IMG/VR virus record: IMGVR_UViG_3300039070_000050
Span: 1 to 51,069 of that record
Origin: a virus
Lineage: Duplodnaviria; Caudoviricetes
Length of the DNA stretch: 51,069 bases
Strand: one strand, 5' to 3'
Shown here: in pieces, positions 11,901-20,566 of the stretch
Layout: the number at the start of each line of letters is the position of its first letter
How positions within the stretch are numbered: position 1 is the first letter of the stretch
Notes under the pieces: generated by a model
Seen by the model: the letters and a program-made list of their open reading frames with translations, nothing else
Database searches by the model: none
Told to the model about the DNA's origin: nothing
Position numbers and translations under genes: made by a program

Positions 11901-14900
11901 GTAAAAGGAATGGAGGATAGTGATCTTTGGATGGGGCAAGCTTTAGCAAGAGAAATGGGGCGTAATAATAATTTATTTGCTGTAGGCGATAAGGATAAGA
12001 TTATTGAAGCAATGCAGAAAGAGATGGAGGAGATAGAAGCTGACGCAAATAATTCTGATAAGTATTACTTAAATGATTTAAAGCCTTGGTATATTGATGC
12101 TCAGATTAAAAAGTATTCTGAAGATCCTAGGTATACAGATAACCTTACTCAGTGGAAGCAGATTAAGGATAATGATTATGCAAAAGAACAATATATAAAG
12201 CAGACAAAAGAAATTCAGAAAACTTCTTTACTAGCAAATATAGGTTACCTAAAAGGGAACAATACTTATAGTATTCCTTTTCAATATATAATGATTAAGG
12301 ATTCTATTGCTAATAGATATTCAATAGAGGTTGATGAAAATGAAAATCGCACAATTATTAGAAGTCCAGTAAAAGCATCTCAATATAATTCTACTGAAAA
12401 TCCTATTCCTAATTATCAATCAGATATATTACCAACCGTTTATTTTGATTATGCTGATAAGAATGCATTTCCAGGAGAAGCTTATTTTCACGCATTTTTA
12501 ACTAAACCAAAAATAGAAGTAGAGAATTCTGAGTTTAAAAAATATATTAATAAAGAAAGTCGTACAGGAGAAGGGTATTGGTTAAAGTTTAAGCAAAGTA
12601 ACGATGCGGAAGAAGCGTCAGATTTGAATAAAATTACTAGTACATCTCATAAGTATCCTGCAAAATGGTGTACAGGGGGAACTCTTGGAATGGCAAAAAG
12701 TCATTTAAGGGGAGGGGATTTTTATGTATTTGTAGATAATAAAACTGGAGATGCAAGAATTGCTGTTAGATATCGGGGTGAAGATAAAATTGATGAGGTA
12801 AGGGGACTTGGAGAAGGACAAGCTTTATTACCTAATGATAATAAAATACTAGATGAAATAGTTGAAACTTTCCCTGACGGAGAATCATTTAAAAAAGATT
12901 CCGAAATTCAAGATAAGTTAAAAGAGATATTAGATTCTTTGCCAGATGAAATGTCTAAAAAAAGATTTATATTAAATGAAAATCAATTTGATGATTGGTG
13001 GGACGAAAAAAATGGCTCAATATCAAGTGTTATTCCGGCAGAAAGAGGTAAAGATAAAATTAAAGCCGATGAAAAAATCTTAAATGCTGTTTATGAAAAA
13101 ATTGTTAAACCGGCAAAATCTTTGGATGATGTTTTAGGTTTTATTCAGGCACAAGATAGATCGTATCAAGAACAAAACTTTGCTTTAAGAAAAGCAAAAG
13201 ATATTATTTCAGATAATTTAGGAGAATATACTAAAGACTTTGGTTATGGAGAAGGGCAAATTATAGTAAATAGAAATAAAAAATATTGGTATGGACAGGA
13301 TCCAATTCAATTAGATTTTAATAAATCTAATTTTAATAATTTAAGATTAATTATTGGGGATTCAGTTGTTATTGGAAGTTTAACTACTCCTGATATCTTA
13401 TTCCCTAATTTAGAAAAAGTAATAGGAGAAATTAGTCTTACTGATTTTTTAAATGTTGAAGCTCCTTTATTAAAGTCTGTAGGGAAAATAAAATTGCCGG
13501 AAGGCGGAGAACATGATTTTGAATTAAATTTGCCATCTTTAGAATATATAGGAGATGATCGTTTAGAAATAAGTCACCTTGTGGAAAATAGATCTTTTAA
13601 TTTAAATCTACCTAAATTAAAATCATTTAGCATAGAAGCAAATGCTCAAATTCCATTAGGGAGCAAAATAAATGTACCTTCCCTAGAAACACTTAAATTA
13701 TATGATCCAGGATATAATGAATCTGTAGAATTAGAGATTTATGGAGAATTCTATGCCCCTAATTTAAAAGAGTCTGAAGCAGATCTTGGTTTTATAAATT
13801 TAAAAAAAGAAGATTTCAATATAAGTAATTTAGAAAAATCTGCATCTTTAAAAGCTGATGGCACTAATTTGGATTTACCTAAATTAAAAAATATTGGGAA
13901 AAATCGTTCATTGTGGGCTTATAATGAAGGTTCTATAAAATTAGACGAAATAGAATTTGATCAAAGTTCTAATGATAATGTGATCGCTTCAAGATATAAC
14001 TCATCAATTTCCATAAATAAAATTTTTGTTGCAGATAGGGGTGGGGAAATATCAATTGATGCATTAGAGAATTCGGAAATATTTATTGGGAATACAGAAA
14101 AAAGAAATCCCGAATGGAGCTTAGGTATAAGATATATTGAAGCTCTACAAAAATCCAGAATTCTTATTCCGCAAGGATTAATAGATTCAAATTTAACATT
14201 AAAAATTGAAGATAAATCTCAAATAATTTTAGATCCAACTATTAAAAGAATTAAGAAAGTAAGTGTAGAAAATAGTGAATTTAATTCACCGGTAAAAGAT
14301 ATTTCTACGATAGAATTGTTTGGGCATTTTCCTGCAAAATTGAATTTGCCAAATTTAGAATACTTATCTAATCTAGATGTATATAGTAATAATGGAGTAA
14401 TTGATGCCCCTAATTTATGGGGTATATCAACCTTAACCACAAAAAATGTTGCAAAACCATTTTCTGAAATACTTAAATCTCCAAAGAATACTACAATAGG
14501 AACAATAAGTTCAATTAATAGTGTTTTAAATATTCCAAATATTAGGTATGCACATTTTGTTACTTTAGAAAATTCTGAATTAACTGTTCCTGATTTAAAA
14601 GATATAGCTCTTACTAGTAAAAGCATAAGATTAGAAAAATCTAAATTAATAGCTCCATTATTGGAAACAACAGATGGTCCAATAGATTTATTGGATCATT
14701 CTATATTAAATGCTCCTAATTTAAAAGAAGTTGGAGGGGAAAATCAAATGGTTTCTTCTGATTCAAAAGTCAACGCTCCACTATTGGGATACAATAATAC
14801 CCCTACCCCTTCCGGAGACGTAACTGCTAAAGCACAAATGTCCCGCAACGCAAGTGAGGCATCAAAGGCTTTATCTAAGACATCCGGAACTACTCAGGTA

Positions 14901-17900
14901 GCAACTACTACAGGTAGCTACGTTAAAGCGGCTGATATCCTTAAGAATCTTGGTGTAACAGGAGACATATTAGATTACGGTGCAGGATTTGGATTAGGAA
15001 CTGATGCAATGAGTAAGGTCCTTGGCAAAGGAGTTAAGTCTTTAGAAATCAATCCAGAAAATTGGAAAGGTAAAGGCAAGGTTACTTATACAGACGCTAA
15101 AGATATCAAAGATAAATTTGATGGCATTGTATCCTTAAATGTTGTCAATGTAGTCGAAAAAGATATGCGAGATTTTATCGTAAAGAATATCTTTGACAAC
15201 TTAAATATTGATGGCACAGCTGTTATTAGTTCAAGGAAATTCAAAGGAGATATCGATCAAGCAAAGAACTTTGAACTAGGTCCTGAAGATAAAAGTTATA
15301 TTATTAAAAGAGCTAAAGACGGAAAGACAGTAGACGTTTATCAAAAAGGGTTTGAGGGAGACGAGCTTGTTAACTACGTTAAAGGATTATTAGGTGATTC
15401 AGCTGATGTTAAAAAGAATAATACCTTTGGCGCGACAGGTGTAGTAGTAACTAAGAAATCAGAAGTTACTGGCAAAGCACAACAACGTTTGGCGCCTAAT
15501 GCTAAACCGTCTAATCTTTCTCCAGAGCTATACTACAAAGTTAGATCTGAAGCATTTAAGAATTGGTTTGGAGATTGGGAAAACGATCCAGAAAACGCAT
15601 CTAAGATGTTGGATGAAAATGGCGAACCTCAAGTATTCTATCATGGGACAGATGAGATATTTGCCGAATTTGATCCTACTAGAAAGCGTTACAACGTTCA
15701 CAATAGAGGGATATTCTTCACATCCTCTTTTAAAGCGGCATTATCTTATGGCGATATCGTTAAGCCAGTATTCTTGAATGCAAAAACTGTTGAAGAGCAC
15801 GTTGCAGACAAGAGCGATACCATTAAGACGGTACGCATCAAAGAGAACCAGGTTTTAGATAATACTGATAAAGAAGGTGTAATCTTATTTACAAACGATA
15901 AGGAAGGTATTAATATCAAACAATATGTGGTATTTAATCCTGATCAAATTTTAGATGTTAATCAAGACCCTTCCTCAGAAGTTACTGCTAAAGCTCAATT
16001 ATTTGGGAAGAAAAGTAAATATAAGTCTGGTACAGCTAAAGCAAAGAAATTCCAAAAGGATTCTGAGAAGACAAGTTTATCTGATATAAGTCCAGCAATC
16101 CAAAAAGAGTTAACAGAAAGAAATGTAAACATTCAGGACTTTCTTAAATCAGAAGGAATGGCCCAGTCGCTTTACAATATGTATAACAAAGCAGGAGCAA
16201 CGCCTTGGGCAACAAGAATGTTTGCAGATGCTCATAGTGAGATATATGAAGGTTTAAGTAACGCTCAAAAAGAATATCTTGATGATATTATTCTTTTAGA
16301 ACGTACTATTGCTATTGATACAAACTTTGATGAAAGAAGAGCTAGAAAAGAAAAGGTAGATGGAGTAATTGTTAGTCGCCCTAACCATACTTTATTTACT
16401 GATTATCAAAGTGGTGCTGAAGTTAGTTTATCAAAAGAAGAAGCTGAGAAACAAATTCAATTTCTTGAAGATACTGTATATGAAAAGAATCCAAAAGAAC
16501 TAGAAATGTTAAAAGATCGTGCTAAGAAATACTTCAAAGCATTTTCAGATATTTTAAAATACAAGTATGATAATGGATTAATTGATCAAGCGGAGTATGA
16601 TATGTATAAGAATTACGATTATCAACCTCGTATGTTCTTAAAATTCTTATTAGGCGATACCCCTGCATCATCATTTAATACTAGAGGAGTTCAGATTACT
16701 AAAGAAGAAATTAAAAGAATTAAATCTGGAGACGAAGGATATATGATGACAGATTCAGAGAAACTTTTGAAGATGGGATTTGTATCCGCGGTTAACAAAG
16801 TATTTACAAATAGAGCTATATCTTGGTTATATGAAGAAGGAGTTGGAAAGAATTTATCTTGGCTAAAAGATGCAAACATTGAAAAATATGCAGACGGAAG
16901 GCAGAAAATAAATGTTGATGGAAGTCCTAAGATTTTAGATCCAGATACAGGATTTAGAAATATGTTCTTTAAGAAAGACGGTAAAAGATATGCTATTCAA
17001 TTAAAAGAAGGATTAGCTAGAGAATTCCAGGATGAAGAGATGTGGGATACCCGTAACTTCCTTTATAGAACTGCTGTTAAAGTATTAGGTGCACAAATAA
17101 CTTCTGCAATGGCAGTTGGTATTAACCCCGCATTCGTTATAAGTAATATTCCTGTCGATCTTCTTTCTCAAGTATATTACAATAATTTATATTCTAGTAA
17201 ATTTGGAGTATTTGGACAAACAGGAAAAGGACTTGCTGGAGTTTTAGCAAATTCATTTAGACTTGGCAAAGCCAAAACTAAATTAGGAGATAACTCTAGG
17301 GTTTTAAACTTGATTAAAGAATACGGAGAAGCGGGAGGATTAATGAATACACTTACTTATGATTCTAATTTCTTAGGAAAGGTTGGTGATGTGTTAGGTG
17401 TTATGGGTGATATCTCTGAATTAGGATCTAAGCTTACCGCTTATGAGAATAAAAGAAATGATTTAATAAAAGAGTATACTAAAAAGAATGGCACCAATCC
17501 TGTTGGAATAGAGTTTGATAAAATTAAAACTCAAGCGGCATACGAAGCTCGTTCGGCAATGGATTTCCATAGAGGTGGTAGAACTGTTAAGTTTTTAAAT
17601 GCTTTTTTACCTTTCTTTAATGTTACATTCCAAGTAGGGAAAATAAGCACCTCTTATATTAAGAATAACTTCCCAGCATTTACTAAGAAGATAATGCAAT
17701 CTGGGGCTGGATATGCAGCATTAACTCTTTATAACATGATGGTTGCCGGACCAGACTGGGAGAACGAAGATATAAAAAATAACAAGAGAACCAAGTTGAT
17801 TATTATGGACCCGTTTAAGAATGAAGATGGCACTCATTCTTATACTAAGATACAAGTACCAACTCCTATTAAGGCATTCTGGAATGTATTCCAAACTATA

Positions 17901-19001
17901 GCGGAAGCTGTTTATTATGAGCATTATGCCCCTGCGATGGGTATTAAACCTCCTGAGGTTGATAAGGATTATGCAGACGAAATGATGGAGACATTAAAAA
18001 TGTTTGTGCCACTTGTAACAAGTCAAGAACCTCCAGCAGCTAAATTTTTTCATGAATACAATACAAATAGATCTCTTTGGACCAACCGTTCTTTAAGTCA
18101 AGATAATCTTAAAAATATTATTATAACTGAAGAGGGAGAGGAGAATCCAGATATACTTTCATTCTATAAATTAATGGCTAAGGGAGCCGCTAATATCACT
18201 AAGGATCAAATAGAAATCTCTCCAGAAAGATTCCAGAAAGCATCTGAAGATTCATTCTTAACTAGCCCAGAAAGTCAGGCATTACTTTCTGCTATGTACG
18301 CAGTAGCAGATCAAATGACTAATTTAACAACTGGCGGTGTTGACGATAAAATTAAATCTAAATACATTGAAGGAGAAGGGTTTAAAAATGTACTTGCTAA
18401 ATTCTTAGGGACATTTAAATCAAGACTTCGTGCTGAAACAGATAACACTAAGAATGCTTCTTATTACGATGCGGCTGAAGATAAAAAGTTTATTGAAAGA
18501 CTTAATCGTATAGAAAATAGTAAGAAACAAAATGTATCTAATAAGATAAAAACTATTTTTAAATCATATAAGGAACTAGATCTTCCATATACTGAAGCAA
18601 AGAAAGATGTATCTGATTATTATATGACGTTAAATAAGGATGATAAGGAATATGCCAAAGGATATATTGACATGATGCTTGGGCGATCTAAAGTTGAATT
18701 ATCAAACAATATCCCTAAGTATCTTTTGATTAAGAATGAAGCTAAAACTTCTCATACAAAAGCAATGGCTATTTATACATTGTTTACTTTACGCGGACAA
18801 GATCCAATGACTAATAAAACTTTGCAAAAAGACCTAGGTAATATTGGATTTGGAACTGCTGTTGTTAAACAATACAAACAAATATTGGCTGATGAGAAAA
18901 AGATTCAAGAAAGGAATGCTCCTAAGGAGCCAACAATAGATCCTAAAACTGGATATCCAGAAGGATTTGATCCTAATAATTTACCCGAAGAACTAAAATA
19001 A
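8943..19001 (+). CDS. Giant polyvalent (probably virion-delivered) protein: zincin peptidase, PNL-repeat region, SAM methyltransferase, ADP-ribosyltransferase-like domain, LPD38-like C-terminus
   Basis: 3352 aa. HEVGH at 11214-11228 with downstream EEF; KWCTGG...DFYVF...ARIAVR segment; many (A/L)PNL(K/E) repeats; LDYGAGFGLG SAM motif; 'FKNWFGDW...PQVFYHGT...GIFFT...VFLN...YVVFNPDQI' ART-like signature; 'DF.RGG....LN..LPFFN' LPD38-like segment. Confidence 0.75.
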   Translation: MAELNSTTPPIDITSEDLLTTDTNLLTTQEEKPKAKPASTTGMVQMAPQEETLSKEELAKKFISKPVQVIEKKKAEPASTAVKKPVEAKVAVQDITSKAGVEGNILIPGSSIKQYESKQLESLLKGKGPGPQNVKYELSKFAGKDATEINWEEYGKVADKEALKESREAAKKLIENDINAEDMHDISPTFDFVVTPALQLLSSLTPNALKSGGAMAAAGLTNMLALGTKYFEDAKKEGPIGAAAAAGVEPEPATKLQAGEYGLSDDLFELGQKFSKASEKYMMVAEMNSGIKDENIGKDPVALLTSSKQGDVWDGMKKLGLSVLQQLPQLALMATSGGSTAGIIASSAVLETGGELGQVYKEEGQISNLKAVTSIVKGGLSGLIEGLFPGDIVALRKYGTSVVKLGQSAAKTEMQDYLKKRGKKALQDEIYRTYAKPLVNVFKGALGEGGEEVLTAVAKFAVDTIEKGEFDNKAYQKMISDAQNGALVGFATGGVVMGPTLIGSVTKLTPDQKDMIGRYKEIVNDTSLSEQTRNTAKKQIDDIVKYSAEQSAKRYALIASLPIQKRKVAIDLMGKIQALQQDKGKVKNVDTEAQIDKNITKLNNEFGQVILDHAIETQQEAQKEAEVKAKEKADNKATRLQAGESEEVMKETVEIDSNLPNTNYDLFKGKTKEQLQAIANLNAAMQSIDPDAKMVFYADADAMYQGLVDSGLSVKEAREKAYGNAVNDQASGVVTENKGYNPIVHINNEIFTEDTIGHEVGHVALMKLANENPAAFIEMRDKILGLMKDSQSKPLVDFANSYGRDITGELLQNDQANQSRAEEFITQMIGAMTAGDAKIEQTLLQQIALALRDFLLAIADGIQSPSLRGVIDSAFANTTSGEELVKYFEGLAQAFKTGGKVDVSYLKTFVPLTPTQESRMQGLTPGSEAYHEAQRLNAIDNHVIVGNPTMEADQSLPTEGAETTAKSQIKEGNFSDSQDFKKFLRVVKGMEDSDLWMGQALAREMGRNNNLFAVGDKDKIIEAMQKEMEEIEADANNSDKYYLNDLKPWYIDAQIKKYSEDPRYTDNLTQWKQIKDNDYAKEQYIKQTKEIQKTSLLANIGYLKGNNTYSIPFQYIMIKDSIANRYSIEVDENENRTIIRSPVKASQYNSTENPIPNYQSDILPTVYFDYADKNAFPGEAYFHAFLTKPKIEVENSEFKKYINKESRTGEGYWLKFKQSNDAEEASDLNKITSTSHKYPAKWCTGGTLGMAKSHLRGGDFYVFVDNKTGDARIAVRYRGEDKIDEVRGLGEGQALLPNDNKILDEIVETFPDGESFKKDSEIQDKLKEILDSLPDEMSKKRFILNENQFDDWWDEKNGSISSVIPAERGKDKIKADEKILNAVYEKIVKPAKSLDDVLGFIQAQDRSYQEQNFALRKAKDIISDNLGEYTKDFGYGEGQIIVNRNKKYWYGQDPIQLDFNKSNFNNLRLIIGDSVVIGSLTTPDILFPNLEKVIGEISLTDFLNVEAPLLKSVGKIKLPEGGEHDFELNLPSLEYIGDDRLEISHLVENRSFNLNLPKLKSFSIEANAQIPLGSKINVPSLETLKLYDPGYNESVELEIYGEFYAPNLKESEADLGFINLKKEDFNISNLEKSASLKADGTNLDLPKLKNIGKNRSLWAYNEGSIKLDEIEFDQSSNDNVIASRYNSSISINKIFVADRGGEISIDALENSEIFIGNTEKRNPEWSLGIRYIEALQKSRILIPQGLIDSNLTLKIEDKSQIILDPTIKRIKKVSVENSEFNSPVKDISTIELFGHFPAKLNLPNLEYLSNLDVYSNNGVIDAPNLWGISTLTTKNVAKPFSEILKSPKNTTIGTISSINSVLNIPNIRYAHFVTLENSELTVPDLKDIALTSKSIRLEKSKLIAPLLETTDGPIDLLDHSILNAPNLKEVGGENQMVSSDSKVNAPLLGYNNTPTPSGDVTAKAQMSRNASEASKALSKTSGTTQVATTTGSYVKAADILKNLGVTGDILDYGAGFGLGTDAMSKVLGKGVKSLEINPENWKGKGKVTYTDAKDIKDKFDGIVSLNVVNVVEKDMRDFIVKNIFDNLNIDGTAVISSRKFKGDIDQAKNFELGPEDKSYIIKRAKDGKTVDVYQKGFEGDELVNYVKGLLGDSADVKKNNTFGATGVVVTKKSEVTGKAQQRLAPNAKPSNLSPELYYKVRSEAFKNWFGDWENDPENASKMLDENGEPQVFYHGTDEIFAEFDPTRKRYNVHNRGIFFTSSFKAALSYGDIVKPVFLNAKTVEEHVADKSDTIKTVRIKENQVLDNTDKEGVILFTNDKEGINIKQYVVFNPDQILDVNQDPSSEVTAKAQLFGKKSKYKSGTAKAKKFQKDSEKTSLSDISPAIQKELTERNVNIQDFLKSEGMAQSLYNMYNKAGATPWATRMFADAHSEIYEGLSNAQKEYLDDIILLERTIAIDTNFDERRARKEKVDGVIVSRPNHTLFTDYQSGAEVSLSKEEAEKQIQFLEDTVYEKNPKELEMLKDRAKKYFKAFSDILKYKYDNGLIDQAEYDMYKNYDYQPRMFLKFLLGDTPASSFNTRGVQITKEEIKRIKSGDEGYMMTDSEKLLKMGFVSAVNKVFTNRAISWLYEEGVGKNLSWLKDANIEKYADGRQKINVDGSPKILDPDTGFRNMFFKKDGKRYAIQLKEGLAREFQDEEMWDTRNFLYRTAVKVLGAQITSAMAVGINPAFVISNIPVDLLSQVYYNNLYSSKFGVFGQTGKGLAGVLANSFRLGKAKTKLGDNSRVLNLIKEYGEAGGLMNTLTYDSNFLGKVGDVLGVMGDISELGSKLTAYENKRNDLIKEYTKKNGTNPVGIEFDKIKTQAAYEARSAMDFHRGGRTVKFLNAFLPFFNVTFQVGKISTSYIKNNFPAFTKKIMQSGAGYAALTLYNMMVAGPDWENEDIKNNKRTKLIIMDPFKNEDGTHSYTKIQVPTPIKAFWNVFQTIAEAVYYEHYAPAMGIKPPEVDKDYADEMMETLKMFVPLVTSQEPPAAKFFHEYNTNRSLWTNRSLSQDNLKNIIITEEGEENPDILSFYKLMAKGAANITKDQIEISPERFQKASEDSFLTSPESQALLSAMYAVADQMTNLTTGGVDDKIKSKYIEGEGFKNVLAKFLGTFKSRLRAETDNTKNASYYDAAEDKKFIERLNRIENSKKQNVSNKIKTIFKSYKELDLPYTEAKKDVSDYYMTLNKDDKEYAKGYIDMMLGRSKVELSNNIPKYLLIKNEAKTSHTKAMAIYTLFTLRGQDPMTNKTLQKDLGNIGFGTAVVKQYKQILADEKKIQERNAPKEPTIDPKTGYPEGFDPNNLPEELK

Positions 19002-19002
19002 G

Positions 19003-19143
19003 ATGATAAAGAAAATCAGAGGAGGCTACAAGTTAGTTTCCAAAACCACAGGACGTAACTTAGGTACTGCTCCAACAAAAGCAGGAATCATAAAACGCGA
19101 AAAACAAGTTGAGATGTTTAAGCATATGAAAAAGAAAAAATAA
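19003..19143 (+). CDS. Small basic protein (46 aa)
   Basis: Manual translation MIKKIRGGYKLVSKTTGRNLGTAPTKAGIIKREKQVEMFKHMKKKK. Starts 1 bp after the giant ORF stop. Not in the track. Confidence 0.7.
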   Translation: MIKKIRGGYKLVSKTTGRNLGTAPTKAGIIKREKQVEMFKHMKKKK

Positions 19144-19146
19144 TTG

Positions 19147-19154
19147 TAACTTTG
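19147..19154 (+). promoter_or_regulatory. Bacteroidota-type -7 promoter box
   Basis: TAACTTTG, 16 bp before the ATG at 19171. Confidence 0.55.
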
Positions 19155-19170
19155 ATAAAATAAAATTGTT

Positions 19171-19638
19171 ATGGCAAGTTTAATAGAAATGCAAAAAGCC
19201 AACAGAGCTTCTAAGGCGTTTGGCACCTTAATGAGTGACTACTCACAACCTGTTTCTGAATCTGAAGAAGTAGAAAATCCTCAAGAAGAGTTGTTATGCG
19301 AGATGCTAGAGGCGTCTGCACAAGCAAAGGTATACCACTTCCAAACAAGTTCTTTTTCGGAACACGAAGCTTTAGGTGATTTTTATGAAGCATTTAATCC
19401 TTTAATGGATAAGTTTATCGAATCATATCAAGGATGCTACGGACGTATTATGTTAGGTTGCGATATGGAAGTTAAACCATATACAATGGATGCCCCTGTT
19501 GCATTTTTAACTTCATTTAAAGATTATATCTCGGGTGGTGCTAGAATGTTAGTGTTAGGCAATTCAGCATTGTCAAACATTTTGGATGAAATTAATGGAT
19601 TAGTAGAACAAACATTATATAGATTAACTTTTAAATAA
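19171..19638 (+). CDS. Ferritin/Dps-like four-helix protein (DUF5856-like)
   Basis: 'YHFQTSSFSEHEALGDFYE...D.FIE.YQG.YGR' and C-terminal 'LSNILDEI...TLYRL' pattern. Confidence 0.7.
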   Translation: MASLIEMQKANRASKAFGTLMSDYSQPVSESEEVENPQEELLCEMLEASAQAKVYHFQTSSFSEHEALGDFYEAFNPLMDKFIESYQGCYGRIMLGCDMEVKPYTMDAPVAFLTSFKDYISGGARMLVLGNSALSNILDEINGLVEQTLYRLTFK

Positions 19639-19645
19639 TAATAAA

Positions 19646-19786
19646 ATGGGATTGTATAGCAATATTCACGCCAAGAAGAAGCGTATCGAAGCTGGCTCAG
19701 GCGAAACAATGAGAAAGGTAGGCTCTAAGGGCGCACCTACTGCAAAGCAATTTAAGCAAGCGGCTAAGACTGCAAAGAAGAAGTAA
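19646..19786 (+). CDS. Small basic phage protein (46 aa)
   Basis: Manual translation MGLYSNIHAKKKRIEAGSGETMRKVGSKGAPTAKQFKQAAKTAKKK. TAATG overlap with the next gene. Not in the track. Confidence 0.75.
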   Translation: MGLYSNIHAKKKRIEAGSGETMRKVGSKGAPTAKQFKQAAKTAKKK

Positions 19787-20274
19787 TGGTAAACTTAATA
19801 GATATACAGAAATCAAAGAAAGGCACTAGCCTGATTAGTGTAGCTAATAAAGTAAAGCATTATGATATGGGCAAGTATGTTCTTATTGTAGGCAAGGATG
19901 CTACCGATATCTTTAAATATTACAATGTCAAGCAGATGCACGGGCTTAATATAAAAGATGCTCAAGCAGAAGAGGTAGATAAGACAAAAGGTAATGGAGT
20001 GTACATCTATGGATTGACAAACTACGATCCTGCTGACAAGAAGCTAACAGCCAAAGCTCCTTATAAGCCTTTCGTGTTCTTAAATATGGGAACATTTAAA
20101 AGATATTCTCCTAGCGAACAAGCAACTGCTGTGATGCACGAAACAATGCATATAAGTATATTGCTGAGTAATTGGAATATAAAGGACAAAGAAGAGGAGG
20201 CAATAGGGAAAGCTGAAGAAGAAGCTAATAAGATTATTGCAAAATTAAAGGGACTTAATTTATTGAAAAAATAA
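19786..20274 (+). CDS. HExxH-containing protein (putative zincin metallopeptidase)
   Basis: HETMH motif followed by an acidic EEE helix. Confidence 0.5.
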   Translation: MVNLIDIQKSKKGTSLISVANKVKHYDMGKYVLIVGKDATDIFKYYNVKQMHGLNIKDAQAEEVDKTKGNGVYIYGLTNYDPADKKLTAKAPYKPFVFLNMGTFKRYSPSEQATAVMHETMHISILLSNWNIKDKEEEAIGKAEEEANKIIAKLKGLNLLKK

Positions 20275-20564
20275 TGAAGACAGGTGCTTGGACAAGAAAA
20301 GAAGGACAAAACAAGGCGGGCGGCTTGAATTCTAAGGGCAGAGCGTCCTATAATGCTCAAACTGGGGGCAATCTAAAAGCCCCTGTTAAAGCAGGAACTA
20401 ATCCTAGACGTGTATCCTTTGCTGCTAGGTTTGCGGGGATGGCTGGACCAATGAAGAAACCTAACGGAGAGCCTACAAGAAAAGCACTTGCCCTAAAGGC
20501 TTGGGGCTTTGGAAGCGTAGAAGCTGCAAGAAACTTTGCTAATACCCATAAAAAAAAGAAGTAG
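20274..20564 (+). CDS. Basic phage protein (DUF6321-like)
   Basis: 'AWTRKEG.N..GGLN.KGRASY......LKAP.....RR.SF.AR.........AL..W' pattern. Confidence 0.65.
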   Translation: MKTGAWTRKEGQNKAGGLNSKGRASYNAQTGGNLKAPVKAGTNPRRVSFAARFAGMAGPMKKPNGEPTRKALALKAWGFGSVEAARNFANTHKKKK

Positions 20565-20566
20565 CT

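Noticed and set aside
9335-17924. Antisense and alternate-frame ORFs within the giant gene (and similar ones at 1353, 2547, 4033, 40010-41403, 42378, 44672, 47184, 47710)
   Set aside because: They are shadow ORFs overlapping well-supported genes and have no recognisable motifs.
8943-19001. Virion RNA polymerase as in canonical crAss-like phages
   Set aside because: No DFDID/DxDGD catalytic motif was seen; the recognisable domains are polyvalent-protein types.
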